In this document: piece by piece, positions 26,718 through 36,122 of the stretch
Layout: each line of letters opens with the position of its first letter
How positions within the stretch are numbered: the first letter of the stretch is position 1
Source of the DNA: Patescibacteria group bacterium
Lineage (GTDB): Bacteria > Patescibacteriota > Minisyncoccia > Minisyncoccales > JANBVM01
Length of the DNA stretch: 60,850 bases
Direction of reading: 5' to 3'
Assembly: GCA_024239015.1 (NCBI GenBank)
Contig: JANBVM010000001.1
Span: 1 to 60,850, forward strand
Translations under genes and position numbers: made by a program
The notes under the pieces: model-generated
What the model was told of the DNA's origin: nothing
The model's input: the letters and a program-made list of their open reading frames with translations, nothing else
The model's database searches: none

Positions 26718-27999
26718 TAATATAAGATAGAATATCTTTACTTTTTCTCATAGAATCCCCATATTTGATTGTTTTAGCATTTTTAAAAAAATTTGAAATC
26801 TGAAATTCCTTTAAAATTATTTGGTCATACGATATAATTTGAAATGGTTTTGATGACTCCATATGTTCAAGAAAATTCTTTATTAAATCTATAAATTCTT
26901 TTTTATTTGAAAAATTTGAATCTATTATAATTATATAGTTTATGTAGTGATTCCACTTATCTTTTTCAACTAAATAATTTTGCGTAGGATTTTCTTTAAT
27001 TTTGGATTTTAGTTCTTTTATTATCTTTTCCTCATTAAATTCTTTGATTTCGATTAATAAATAATCTAATATTATTTGATAATTTTTCTCATTTTCTAAT
27101 ATTATGATTCCTTTCTGTTTTTGATTTTCAAATTTAATTTTTAATCCTTCTTTTTTAGATTTTTGAAAAATTACATATAACATTAACTGGTAATCTCTAA
27201 AGTAGCCTATTCTACCTTGTTTTATTTTATCCTCGATAATTTTTTCAAAATCTTTATTGATTTCATAACCAACCCCATTTCGACAGAGAGATTTTGCTAC
27301 TTTCAGCGTTGTTCCTGATCCTAAGAAGGGATCTAGTATTTTATCGCCAATAAAAGAAAACATCCTTATTAACCTATAAGGTAATTCTTCAGGAAACATA
27401 GCAATATGCTCTTTTTGGATTATTCCTGGAAATCTCCAATGACCCACAAACCACTTTTTCCATTCGGTTAATGAAATTTTTGATAATTCTTTTATTTGAC
27501 GTTCAACTTTCCTCGCTTTACCATTATGTTTTTTAAGGATCAATATATGTTCATAATCAAAAGTCAATAGCCCATTCCTTGGATAATAAATAGAGCCCAT
27601 CAATGAACAACCACCTGTAGTGTTAGTAGTACTTACTTTTTGCCAAATGATATCTCCTAAAAAATCAAAACCTAAATCCAAACAATCATTTATGGTTTGA
27701 CTTGCTATAGATAATATCATATATCGCCCATATTCTTTCGTCCGTAAATATTGATCTCCAATATTTATTATCATTCTACATTGTGGTTCAAGAACTCGGT
27801 AGCATTCTTTCCAGACTTGCTTTAATCTCTCAAAATAAATATTAAAAGAATCTGAGAATCCTATTTGTTCATATGATCCATAATCTTTTATTTTTCCGTA
27901 TGGAGGAGAAGTTATTATCAATTGAACGGTATTATTATCAATTTCTTCCATATTTTCAGAAGATTTGAAATAAATTCTTGGCTCCTCTATATTAAACAA
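26707..27999 (-). CDS. beta-class DNA methyltransferase (N4-C/N6-A family, pfam01555-like) with ~180-aa C-terminal extension
   Basis: 430 aa. Motif IV IITSPPYG precedes motif I DPFLGSGTT, which is the beta-class order. SPPY is more typical of m4C enzymes. The C-terminal third has no recognisable motif. Confidence 0.8.
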   Translation of the reverse strand: MFNIEEPRIYFKSSENMEEIDNNTVQLIITSPPYGKIKDYGSYEQIGFSDSFNIYFERLKQVWKECYRVLEPQCRMIINIGDQYLRTKEYGRYMILSIASQTINDCLDLGFDFLGDIIWQKVSTTNTTGGCSLMGSIYYPRNGLLTFDYEHILILKKHNGKARKVERQIKELSKISLTEWKKWFVGHWRFPGIIQKEHIAMFPEELPYRLIRMFSFIGDKILDPFLGSGTTLKVAKSLCRNGVGYEINKDFEKIIEDKIKQGRIGYFRDYQLMLYVIFQKSKKEGLKIKFENQKQKGIIILENEKNYQIILDYLLIEIKEFNEEKIIKELKSKIKENPTQNYLVEKDKWNHYINYIIIIDSNFSNKKEFIDLIKNFLEHMESSKPFQIISYDQIILKEFQISNFFKNAKTIKYGDSMRKSKDILSYINAS

Positions 28000-28304
28000 T
28001 TCTTTTTCCTCTTAAGAATGGAACATTGAATAAAATTACGTTTTATTATCATTTATACTTATTAAAATTATCATATTAAAAGAAAAATAACAAATGATTT
28101 TTTATGTAATTTTACTTTTTTCATATCTATTAACTATAAATGGAATTATCATTTATTTAAAAAAGCACTGAGAAGATATTTATCTATTTTTGATAATTAG
28201 ATTTAGAGGAAACAAATTGTAGTAATGGATATTTTAAGCAGGTATTTGGGCATATTAAAAAATAATAAACTTTGTTGATTTCTCGGTTAAATTTGTTGAT
28301 ATCT

Positions 28305-28319
28305 CGGTTATTTCACGAT
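28305..28319 (+). repeat. island motif, form A variant
   Basis: CGGTTATTTCACGAT (14/15), in the divergent spacer 28000-28516. It is preceded by a 21-nt tandem duplication that contains a second CGGTTA (28284-28289). Confidence 0.85.
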
Positions 28320-28516
28320 AAATTTTTAAAATTTAATATAATTCAATATCTTTAATTGATGAAGATGAGAGATTTCCGGTGAGATATGTGAATATTTACC
28401 TCTATAACCCGAGAACAGAAAAAAATACATCCCGTAATTAAAGCTATTAAAAGTTAATAATATCAATCACTTGATTTATATATGAGGACTATAAAAAAAG
28501 TATTGTTTACAAAATT

Positions 28517-29386
28517 ATGACAGATTTTAGTACCAAAAAGCAAATTAAAGATAAGTTAAAGGGATATAAACCGAAATCCATGGGCCCAATAGGAGAGGCC
28601 ATTGTAGCACTTCAATTTCTTAATGTGTTCAAAGAAAAGATAGAAAATATTATCAATAGTGGAAACAATGTTGATTTAACTATAAAGTTTAAGGATGATG
28701 CGAAACAAATTACTGTTGAAGTAAAGTCTTCTGCTTTTAAAAATGATTACTATAGAAATCACTGGTCTTATGGAGTTCCAATTAAAGTTAAGGATTTTGA
28801 TTATGAATTTGATCTTCTTGGGATGGTTAATTTTATTCCCCCTGATAAAACCAATTCTTTAGGACAAAAGAGTAAAGTACGTAGCGACTATAAAAATGTA
28901 ACCCTTTATTTTATGTATAGTGAATTGGAATCATTGCTTCCAAACCCTTTCATGTATATTCCAACCACCACACTCTTAAAATTAAAAACTGAATGTAGTG
29001 ACATATATAATTTTCTTACTTTCTTTAATAATTATTACAAAGATGTAACTGTTGACCCAACAATAGTTTTTGATGAAGTTGGCTTTTCTTGGGATAATTA
29101 TAAATTGAATAACAAATTAAAGGGTGAATTAGGATTCCCAAGTTGGTTCGATAAAACATTAAGCTGTAAATATCTTGCAAGTTATGCCGTTAACAAAAGG
29201 GAGTTTTATAAGAGAGAAGTAATAAGTAAATGGAAGGAGCGTATTGATCTCAGGCAAATGGTTGATAAGGCAATCAATAATAAATCCAAGAAGTCGAGAA
29301 TATATGAAGAGTACCCCATAGATTCAAGCTTCTGCAAGAATTGTCCCCAAAAATGCAAGTATATTCTAGTGGATAGGGAATTTTAA
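28517..29386 (+). CDS. putative restriction endonuclease (PD-(D/E)xK N-domain), divergent from the methylase
   Basis: 289 aa. GPIGEAIVALQFL...NNVDLTIKF...ITVEVKSS gives the E...D...E-x-K order of restriction-endonuclease-like folds. The position opposite a methylase supports the call. Confidence 0.45.
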   Translation: MTDFSTKKQIKDKLKGYKPKSMGPIGEAIVALQFLNVFKEKIENIINSGNNVDLTIKFKDDAKQITVEVKSSAFKNDYYRNHWSYGVPIKVKDFDYEFDLLGMVNFIPPDKTNSLGQKSKVRSDYKNVTLYFMYSELESLLPNPFMYIPTTTLLKLKTECSDIYNFLTFFNNYYKDVTVDPTIVFDEVGFSWDNYKLNNKLKGELGFPSWFDKTLSCKYLASYAVNKREFYKREVISKWKERIDLRQMVDKAINNKSKKSRIYEEYPIDSSFCKNCPQKCKYILVDREF

Positions 29387-29450
29387 TTTCCTATCAAATA
29401 ATAAGCAAGAAAGGAACTCAATGTTAATAATTATCAATGTTAATTTCAAC

Positions 29451-29465
29451 TAACCGTTTCACGAA
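29451..29465 (+). repeat. island motif, form B
   Basis: TAACCGTTTCACGAA, an exact copy, 65 nt after the stop of 28517..29386. Confidence 0.9.
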
Positions 29466-29808
29466 ATTTAATTATTCATGATTTAGATTTTAATTTTTTA
29501 CTCTACACGATTTCGATATGTTAAGCATTCAGAATGGGAAGTAGCAAAACTGGTTTTAAAAGAGTTTAAGATGATAAAATTCACATATAATCAATTCATA
29601 TCATTCAAAAAGAGAGAAGGATTTTGAAAATAACAAATAAAGAAATAGTTATATTTAAACTGTTATAATAATAAAACAATTGTGTCAAGTATGGAAAAAT
29701 TAATATTTGTAAACAGTTTAATTAATTGTGAAGGAATAAAAAACAACGCTAAATATAGGGTACTATACTTACTAATTTTTAACTTTTTATAAGATTGGAG
29801 GAATAAAA

Positions 29809-30456
29809 ATGGCTGGAAGGGTTCATTATGAAGATTTAATAATAGATCTATATATTTTTGATAGATTAGAAAGATCCAGTGGAAATATGAGCACAGCAAA
29901 GCTACTCTTTTTATTTGAGGAAGATTTATATAAAAAAAATATCATTGGTTCTCATTATCCTATGATTAGGCAACAAATGGGTCCTTATAATTCTCAGATA
30001 GGAGCTCATATTAAGAATCTTGCTCTAAATGGTTATCTAAATCACGAAAAGAGTTATTTTGATAAAATAAAGAAGTATACATTAATAATTTCAAAAAATA
30101 GTAATACTACAAAATTTTTAAAAAATATTGATGAGTTAATACAAGAAAATACTAAAGTGTTTACTATCCTTGATGAGATAATTAATGAATTTGGAAAAAT
30201 GAATGCAGAAGAACTTAAAGATTACATATACACTTTAAAAGAAGTGGGTAGATTCAATATAAGTATTAAGGATTATCCTATGTATGAGATAATCCTTAAT
30301 CCATCTGATTTAAAAAATCCCAAAAGTGAATTCAAATTGGATGAAATTTGGTATGATACAGTTGAAGTCTTACTAAACCCGAGAATATTATTAAGGTTAA
30401 AGTCAGGAATAAAAGATATTCGGTATGGAAAATTTACATTTTCTAACGTAAATTAA
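29809..30456 (+). CDS. Panacea/SocA-like (DUF4065-type) putative antitoxin
   Basis: 215 aa. STAKLLFLFEEDLYKKNIIGSHYPMIRQQMGPYNSQIGAHI fits the Panacea core. GGAGG lies 8 nt upstream of the ATG. Confidence 0.45.
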   Translation: MAGRVHYEDLIIDLYIFDRLERSSGNMSTAKLLFLFEEDLYKKNIIGSHYPMIRQQMGPYNSQIGAHIKNLALNGYLNHEKSYFDKIKKYTLIISKNSNTTKFLKNIDELIQENTKVFTILDEIINEFGKMNAEELKDYIYTLKEVGRFNISIKDYPMYEIILNPSDLKNPKSEFKLDEIWYDTVEVLLNPRILLRLKSGIKDIRYGKFTFSNVN

Positions 30457-30465
30457 TCTCAAATA

Positions 30466-30849
30466 ATGTCAGAACCGTTAAAGGTTTTATATTCTAATGA
30501 ATTTGAATTAGATTTAAAACAATTTTCAGCAAAAGAGCAGAAAGCAATCAAATATGACTTGGAGCATAAGACTGAAGATGACATAGCAAGAGTCCCTTTT
30601 TATAAAGGATTTGATGAAATTGGTGAAGTTGTTTTAAGATTTTTTATGGAGTATAAAAAGCAAGGTAAAAATTATCGTATCATGTTAATGTATTGCGCTA
30701 ATTGCTATCCTGAAAATGAGCTTAGAGAACATCATAATTGTCCTATGTGTGATGAAAATAGTTTAAATCGTATAATAGTTTTTACTTTATATAAAAGACC
30801 AAAAGCTTACAGGCATTATAAATTTAAAATTCCTGAGCATTTTGATTAA
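30466..30849 (+). CDS. RelE/ParE-superfamily-like toxin with inserted CxxC...CxxC zinc ribbon (putative)
   Basis: 127 aa. The N-terminus VLYSNEFELDLKQFSAKEQKAIKYDLE resembles the RelE/ParE leader. NYRIMLMY ... RIIVFTLYKRPKAYR resembles the Y-R-I-I-Y ... hR-x-x-x-Y core. CANC-x17-CPMC is inserted between them. It starts 9 nt after the Panacea-like gene. Confidence 0.4.
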   Translation: MSEPLKVLYSNEFELDLKQFSAKEQKAIKYDLEHKTEDDIARVPFYKGFDEIGEVVLRFFMEYKKQGKNYRIMLMYCANCYPENELREHHNCPMCDENSLNRIIVFTLYKRPKAYRHYKFKIPEHFD

Positions 30850-30851
30850 GA

Positions 30852-31228
30852 ATGGATATTCCCTCACTTGTTCCAGGAAGAAAAGTCGATCTTAATTATT
30901 ATGATCGAATTATAAAAGGATGCAAGAAATAATCGCTTTCATACAATAACAGACTTTAAAAGAACTCTTCAATTTAACCTTCCTGAAGATGCAATAAAAT
31001 CTACTACTCTTACATTTTTTTCAGATTTTTCAAAAAAAAAGAGCAAATCCAAATAAGTTAAACTATAAAGACAAAAAAATTGTTGATCTTCTGAAAGAAT
31101 TTTATAGAGTTGAAGAGATAATATTACCAAATGATTTTTGGGAAAAGAATTATAATGTTATGAACGCAACAAATGAGATCTTTGAGGCAACAAGTAAAAT
31201 ATTGAGGATTCTTTTACAAAGGGAATAA
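30852..31228 (+). pseudogene. possible frameshifted gene remnant (~125 codons over three frames)
   Basis: Frame 1 reads MDIPSLVPGRKVDLNYYDRIIKGCKK*. Frame 2 reads KDARNNRFHTITDFKRTLQFNLPEDAIKSTTLTFFSDFSKKKSKSK*. Frame 3 reads ...KKRANPNKLNYKDKKIVDLLKEFYRVEEIILPNDFWEKNYNVMNATNEIFEATSKILRILLQRE*. The joins fall at A-runs (A4 near 30915, A9 at 31032-31040). Confidence 0.3.
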
Positions 31229-31321
31229 AACACTAAATTGATAATTATCCTTTTTTTCCTATTTTACATTCATTTAATAACGAGAATGATTATATCTACC
31301 TAAAGGAATTCAAGTTATGGA

Positions 31322-32026
31322 TTGAGGTTAGTGCAAGATAAACTCAAGTGGAATGCAGTAGGATTAGTAAAGAAAACCAAGCAATTGAAAGAATACATCG
31401 AACAAGAAAAACGTGATAAAGATAAATTGCCAGCTCATCAAAAAGAGCGAACAGCGCCTCTCTCTGGATACTTAGACGAGCTTAATCATATGTTAGAACA
31501 AATGGAAAAAATCGAAAAAATTATCATCCCCAAGCTGGAAAAGTTATTCCATTTAGTGTTCCAAACCCCTGAAATGATTATGCTTGCCTTAACCCGGCCA
31601 AGTGTTCGCAACATTTTTGATAACATTAATATTCATTTCAAAGATGATCCAAATCGTCCCTTGAGCCAAGAAGAATTAACAGAATTGGCAAGTTCAGGAG
31701 ATGCAGCGGTGATACTTGCTTTAATTGGAGATGCGGCTCTGGATTTAGCTATTGTCCAAACATTGTGGGATTCATCACTCTCAAAAACAGGTGAATTAAC
31801 TGAAAAACGCAAAAAAGTTGCATCGAATGAGAATATGGCTATTTATTGTGATGAATGGGGACTTTATTCTTCTCGCTTGCATCGCTTGCAAGCTACTCCA
31901 AATGAAAGAATGAAAAAAGAGACTATTGAACACGTTAAAGGGACTCTAGTTGAATCAATTTTTGGAGTGGTCTATTTAGAATTCAGTCTGAAAGAATTGT
32001 TGAGGATAGTTCCTCTTATCCAATAA
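31322..32026 (+). CDS. RNase III-domain protein without dsRBD (Mini-III-like) with ~75-100-aa coiled-coil N-extension
   Basis: 234 aa, TTG start. LALIGDAALDLAIVQTLW is a variant of the RNase III signature. ASNENMAIYCDEWGL and VESIFGVVYLE supply the remaining catalytic-domain blocks. The protein ends about 20 aa later. Hand counts give about 42-47% G+C. Confidence 0.65.
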   Translation: MRLVQDKLKWNAVGLVKKTKQLKEYIEQEKRDKDKLPAHQKERTAPLSGYLDELNHMLEQMEKIEKIIIPKLEKLFHLVFQTPEMIMLALTRPSVRNIFDNINIHFKDDPNRPLSQEELTELASSGDAAVILALIGDAALDLAIVQTLWDSSLSKTGELTEKRKKVASNENMAIYCDEWGLYSSRLHRLQATPNERMKKETIEHVKGTLVESIFGVVYLEFSLKELLRIVPLIQ

Positions 32027-32042
32027 AATATTTTTAAGCAAT

Positions 32043-32057
32043 CGGTTATTTCATGTA
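32043..32057 (+). repeat. island motif, form A variant
   Basis: CGGTTATTTCATGTA (13/15), 17 nt after the RNase III-like stop, in a convergent spacer. Confidence 0.6.
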
Positions 32058-32173
32058 ATTTGATAATCAAATTATTAAGAAGGAAAAATTCCAGATACCA
32101 AGTTTACATATTAGGCGTTGTTGCGAAAAAAAAATTAAGGACTCAATCAATTTATTCGGTCATTATACTAAAG

Positions 32174-34462
32174 TTATGAAGAATCATCCTTCAAATCATT
32201 AAATAAAAATTCTATAATCTCATCCAATTCTTTTCTTTCTTCTTTCTTTATAGTTTGAAGTAACTCAAATTCTTTATTATCTTTTTCATCAAAGAAGTCT
32301 TGATAGTGTTCTTCTAAATCTTGAGCATCGATTAATGGATATTTAAATTCAAAATCTCTGAATAATTGATTTAACCTATCAACATTATCATTAAAATCAC
32401 CCATTAAGTCAATTGCATCGGATTCAACCCATTCTTTTTCGTCATCTAATATTTCTGTAATCTTTAGAAATATGCTTTTGTTACCTCTAAAAACATCTTG
32501 AAATTCTCTCGTGTAGACTCTAAATATAAGTTCTAGAATAAAAAGGAATTCTTCTATAGGATCAGTTACATTATCATATTGAGGTAAGTAAGCGTCTATT
32601 AGTTTTATAATGTAATCTTTTATCCAAACTATCTTGACTTTAAAGTTTTTAAAATTAGAAAAAAATAACCAGAATTGATAGAAATTTAGAGTTTGATTTT
32701 TAAATTTATTAAAGAATTCAATACAACTTAGTTCTTTGAGTAAAAATTTTATATCTTTATCAAATATTTTTTCGGGATAATTTTTTGTTATGATAGCTAA
32801 ATAATCACTAATTTCTTCTATTGAATCATCCTGGATTATTTTCTTTAAGATTAATTTTTTCTTTTCTTCATTTAAAACTTGATTTTGAATTAAACTTTCA
32901 ATAAAAATTGATCCCCCTATCGTCATCATAAGTTCTTGTATACTTCTATCTTCTTTCAATAAAGAGTTAATAATATCTATTATTGAAGGATGATAGAATA
33001 TAATCTTAGTACTTTCCCAGCTAGAAATTATTTTAATATAAGTTCCATTTAATCTAAAGGTACATTGATTGAACTTCCCGATAAAATCTCTATTTAATTC
33101 TTTTAAGATTTGAATATATCTCTTTTCAAAGTAATCGATTTCCGAATTCATCCTAATTGAGAATAATGTTATAATAAATATCTTTTCTTCATCACTTAAT
33201 GAGTAGAAATCTTTTATCCAAGATTTCTGGGGTTTTTTTATAAAATCAATCACCTCATTTTTGAAATCAATAAAAGAAATATTTCCACTTAATTTCGGAA
33301 TTATCATATTACATAGCTCTCTTATACTTTCTGGTGAATAGTTTGGATGATTAATTATTTCAAATTTTAATTTCAGAAGGAATTCTATAATTTTTTCATC
33401 ATATTTTTTAAAAAAAGTTGATGCTCTTATATGGTTATATAAAATATGTGCTTTTTCCAGTTTGGTAAGTTTCCCAACCTCAACAATTACACTACTAGGT
33501 TCGATAATTGCCTTTTGTTCTTCTAACTTAGTTTTTTCTAATGCTTCCATCAAAATACTAGATCGACTCGTCCATACTAGTTGATGATTGTTGTCAATTA
33601 ATTTTAGTATACTCGGTAAATCTTTAACCCATTCATTTGATATTTCTGGGATATATTGATTTTGACCAAAAACATCATCACATACTAGTATTTCTTTTTT
33701 CTTTTGATTAAAACATCTAAAAAATTCGACCGGTTTATTAATGTAAAAGAATTGGTGTTTATTTCCAATTTTAAAGAAGCTTATTGCTTCAGCTATTGTT
33801 GATTTTCCCATTTTTGGTGGTCCCTGCAAAATAACTAAATTATATTTATTGATTTTTTCAAGGGCTTCAAGAAAAATATTAGTTGTAGCAAAAGTTTCCA
33901 TATTATCTTTCAAATTCCTAATGTGGCCTCTAGATCTTTCAAGTACTTCTTTATTGAGCAAAGATTCAATATCTGCAAATTCAATTAATCTAGGAAACTG
34001 CCATCTAATTCTATCATGATCCCCCAAAAATGCACGAATTTGTGGAAAGTGGATAACTTGAAAATGTGAAATTTTAAAATTTTTAGATTCTTCCTCTAAC
34101 TTCTTAATGTCATTTATAGTAAAATCTACATTTGTTATATAGATATAATTATCACATTTATTACCATATTTTTTAATTATTTTATTAAGTTCCTTCCCTA
34201 CAACTTTAATTAATTCGTCCCTTACTACATTTTCTCCTCTCCTTATAAAATCTCTAAATTTTGACTGAAAAATCCATTTTCCAGACCATGGTTTCCTATG
34301 TGGGGGAAAAAAGGCTTCTCCTTTAAAATAAGCATCACGCCCAAAATCCTTAGTTCCTCCATAAAATTGAATAGCAAGACCTAATTGATTATTCAACATT
34401 ATTTGGATTAGTTTCTCGAAATCATATGCCCCAAGATTACATAGTTGGTTTTTATTTATCAT
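32174..34462 (-). CDS. Mrr-like restriction-endonuclease N-domain + P-loop (STAND/AAA-like) NTPase + helical C-terminal region
   Basis: 762 aa. YDFEKLIQIMLNNQLGLAIQFYGGTKDFGRDAYF...GKWIFQSKF fits Mrr_cat-type effectors. Walker A is LQGPPKMGKST and Walker B is ILVCDDVFG. About 400 aa of helical repeats follow. Confidence 0.6.
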   Translation of the reverse strand: MINKNQLCNLGAYDFEKLIQIMLNNQLGLAIQFYGGTKDFGRDAYFKGEAFFPPHRKPWSGKWIFQSKFRDFIRRGENVVRDELIKVVGKELNKIIKKYGNKCDNYIYITNVDFTINDIKKLEEESKNFKISHFQVIHFPQIRAFLGDHDRIRWQFPRLIEFADIESLLNKEVLERSRGHIRNLKDNMETFATTNIFLEALEKINKYNLVILQGPPKMGKSTIAEAISFFKIGNKHQFFYINKPVEFFRCFNQKKKEILVCDDVFGQNQYIPEISNEWVKDLPSILKLIDNNHQLVWTSRSSILMEALEKTKLEEQKAIIEPSSVIVEVGKLTKLEKAHILYNHIRASTFFKKYDEKIIEFLLKLKFEIINHPNYSPESIRELCNMIIPKLSGNISFIDFKNEVIDFIKKPQKSWIKDFYSLSDEEKIFIITLFSIRMNSEIDYFEKRYIQILKELNRDFIGKFNQCTFRLNGTYIKIISSWESTKIIFYHPSIIDIINSLLKEDRSIQELMMTIGGSIFIESLIQNQVLNEEKKKLILKKIIQDDSIEEISDYLAIITKNYPEKIFDKDIKFLLKELSCIEFFNKFKNQTLNFYQFWLFFSNFKNFKVKIVWIKDYIIKLIDAYLPQYDNVTDPIEEFLFILELIFRVYTREFQDVFRGNKSIFLKITEILDDEKEWVESDAIDLMGDFNDNVDRLNQLFRDFEFKYPLIDAQDLEEHYQDFFDEKDNKEFELLQTIKKEERKELDEIIEFLFNDLKDDSS

Positions 34463-34486
34463 ATCTTTTCAACATATCCTTTAATT

Positions 34487-34723
34487 CTAAATTCTTAGAT
34501 CTAATATTCGACCATTAATCCTAAGCCATCTTTTCCACTTTTTATAGGTTGGAAAAAGTGATTCTACATTTTTCCAGAATCCTAATGAATGAGAAGATAG
34601 TAATGTGATAGCGGATTTAACCTCATTATAAATAGGCGACATCCCAACACCGATGGTAATCATTGTTTTATAACCACAATTTTTACATTCTATCTCATAT
34701 TCACTGCCCATTATATTCATCAA
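34487..34723 (-). CDS. small hypothetical protein (single CxxC), upstream of the STAND-like gene
   Basis: 78 aa, with CKNCGYK near the N-terminus. It lies 24 nt upstream of 32174..34462 on the same strand. Confidence 0.35.
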   Translation of the reverse strand: MMNIMGSEYEIECKNCGYKTMITIGVGMSPIYNEVKSAITLLSSHSLGFWKNVESLFPTYKKWKRWLRINGRILDLRI

Positions 34724-34924
34724 GCAATATTGAATTGGAAAAGTTGTTTATTTCTAAGCATAAATTATATTATTTTTAATGAAAATATAAATAATAGGTT
34801 TTAATAACTTTTTGTGAAAGAATGTCAATAAGAATAGCAATATTTTAATTTCTCTAATTGTATTAATGAATTGTAAGGCTATAATTAACCAAAAATCTAA
34901 AAAAATCTTGTAAAAATAGATATC

Positions 34925-35437
34925 ATGCCGAATTTAAACAATTTAGTCGAAAAAAAAAGAGAAAAGGGAGAATGGTTTGATAGGTTCAAAAGAGAAACGA
35001 CAAAAGGACTAATCATTGATTTTTCTTACGAAGATTCTAACATTGGTAAATGGAAAATAGAGGTAAAACATTCTGAGGAATACAATAACGCGGGTATCAC
35101 AGCTCCATGGAGTAATAATGAATCCAAAATCGCAAATCAATTAAAAAAAAAATCAATGATCTTCCAGTTAACAGAAAATGACGAATCTTCCTTTTATGTT
35201 CCATTTGGAATTGGATATACGGATGGAGAAAGGTTTAGAACGCGACGTATTTCTGACCAGTCAGAGTTGTCGAGTGAAATAAAATCTAATTTTGAAATTG
35301 AAAAATATCAACAAGTAAGAAGCAATCCGAGTAAACAATTAAATAATAAATTAGTTTGCGTATGTAAAAAAGACGATTACAAAAAGATGGCTTTCGCGTT
35401 TATATTACAACGAATTTATCCCGTTTTAGGAAAATAA
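34925..35437 (+). CDS. hypothetical protein
   Basis: 170-aa ORF with no motif recognised. Confidence 0.4.
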   Translation: MPNLNNLVEKKREKGEWFDRFKRETTKGLIIDFSYEDSNIGKWKIEVKHSEEYNNAGITAPWSNNESKIANQLKKKSMIFQLTENDESSFYVPFGIGYTDGERFRTRRISDQSELSSEIKSNFEIEKYQQVRSNPSKQLNNKLVCVCKKDDYKKMAFAFILQRIYPVLGK

Positions 35438-35649
35438 AAAAAGTATCCTTTTTGTCATACTTCTTTTGTCTTTTTAGATTTTATAGCAAATACCGATGAG
35501 GAGGAGGTATTACACCATAATATATAAATACCTCTAAAAATTGAAAAAGGAATAAATGTCAATATATTCTTGAATTTAACTATAAAGGATTATTATTAGA
35601 TGAGCTCGAAAAAACAATAAAAATCCGAATTGTCAGGAGGTAGATTCTA

Positions 35650-35925
35650 ATGAATAATGAAAACGGATCAAAAAAAGAAGAGTTTGAAGGATTTCGTTAC
35701 AATACTTCTATTAGTCTAGATTTTCATGAGTACGATAAACTGCAAGAACTTAGTGAAGAACTGATTAGCACCGGGAAGGCAATTAAGATAGTATTTGATT
35801 TGGGAACTGGTTTTGATTTTGACGTAAACAATATTCATTTTCTAACAGATGATATAAAAATTGTAGAAGAAACTAATTTTCTTTGGTTTGATTATAAACT
35901 TGAAAAATTTGTTGGAGAAGATTAA
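35650..35925 (+). CDS. hypothetical acidic protein
   Basis: 91 aa. AGGAGGT lies 9 nt before the ATG. Confidence 0.45.
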   Translation: MNNENGSKKEEFEGFRYNTSISLDFHEYDKLQELSEELISTGKAIKIVFDLGTGFDFDVNNIHFLTDDIKIVEETNFLWFDYKLEKFVGED

Positions 35926-36122
35926 AATGTCTAAAGATAAAAATTATAGTATGTAATAAAAAATTCAATGAATTCAAAAAATTAAGTTGGATTTGAGTAG
36001 AATTAAAGAAACTGAAGACGGCTTCATTTATGAAGATAAAGATGGCAAACTATGGAAACTTCATTTCGATAAAAATAATGATAATAGAAAATAATTTAAA
36101 GTAAAAAACACCTCAAGGATAG

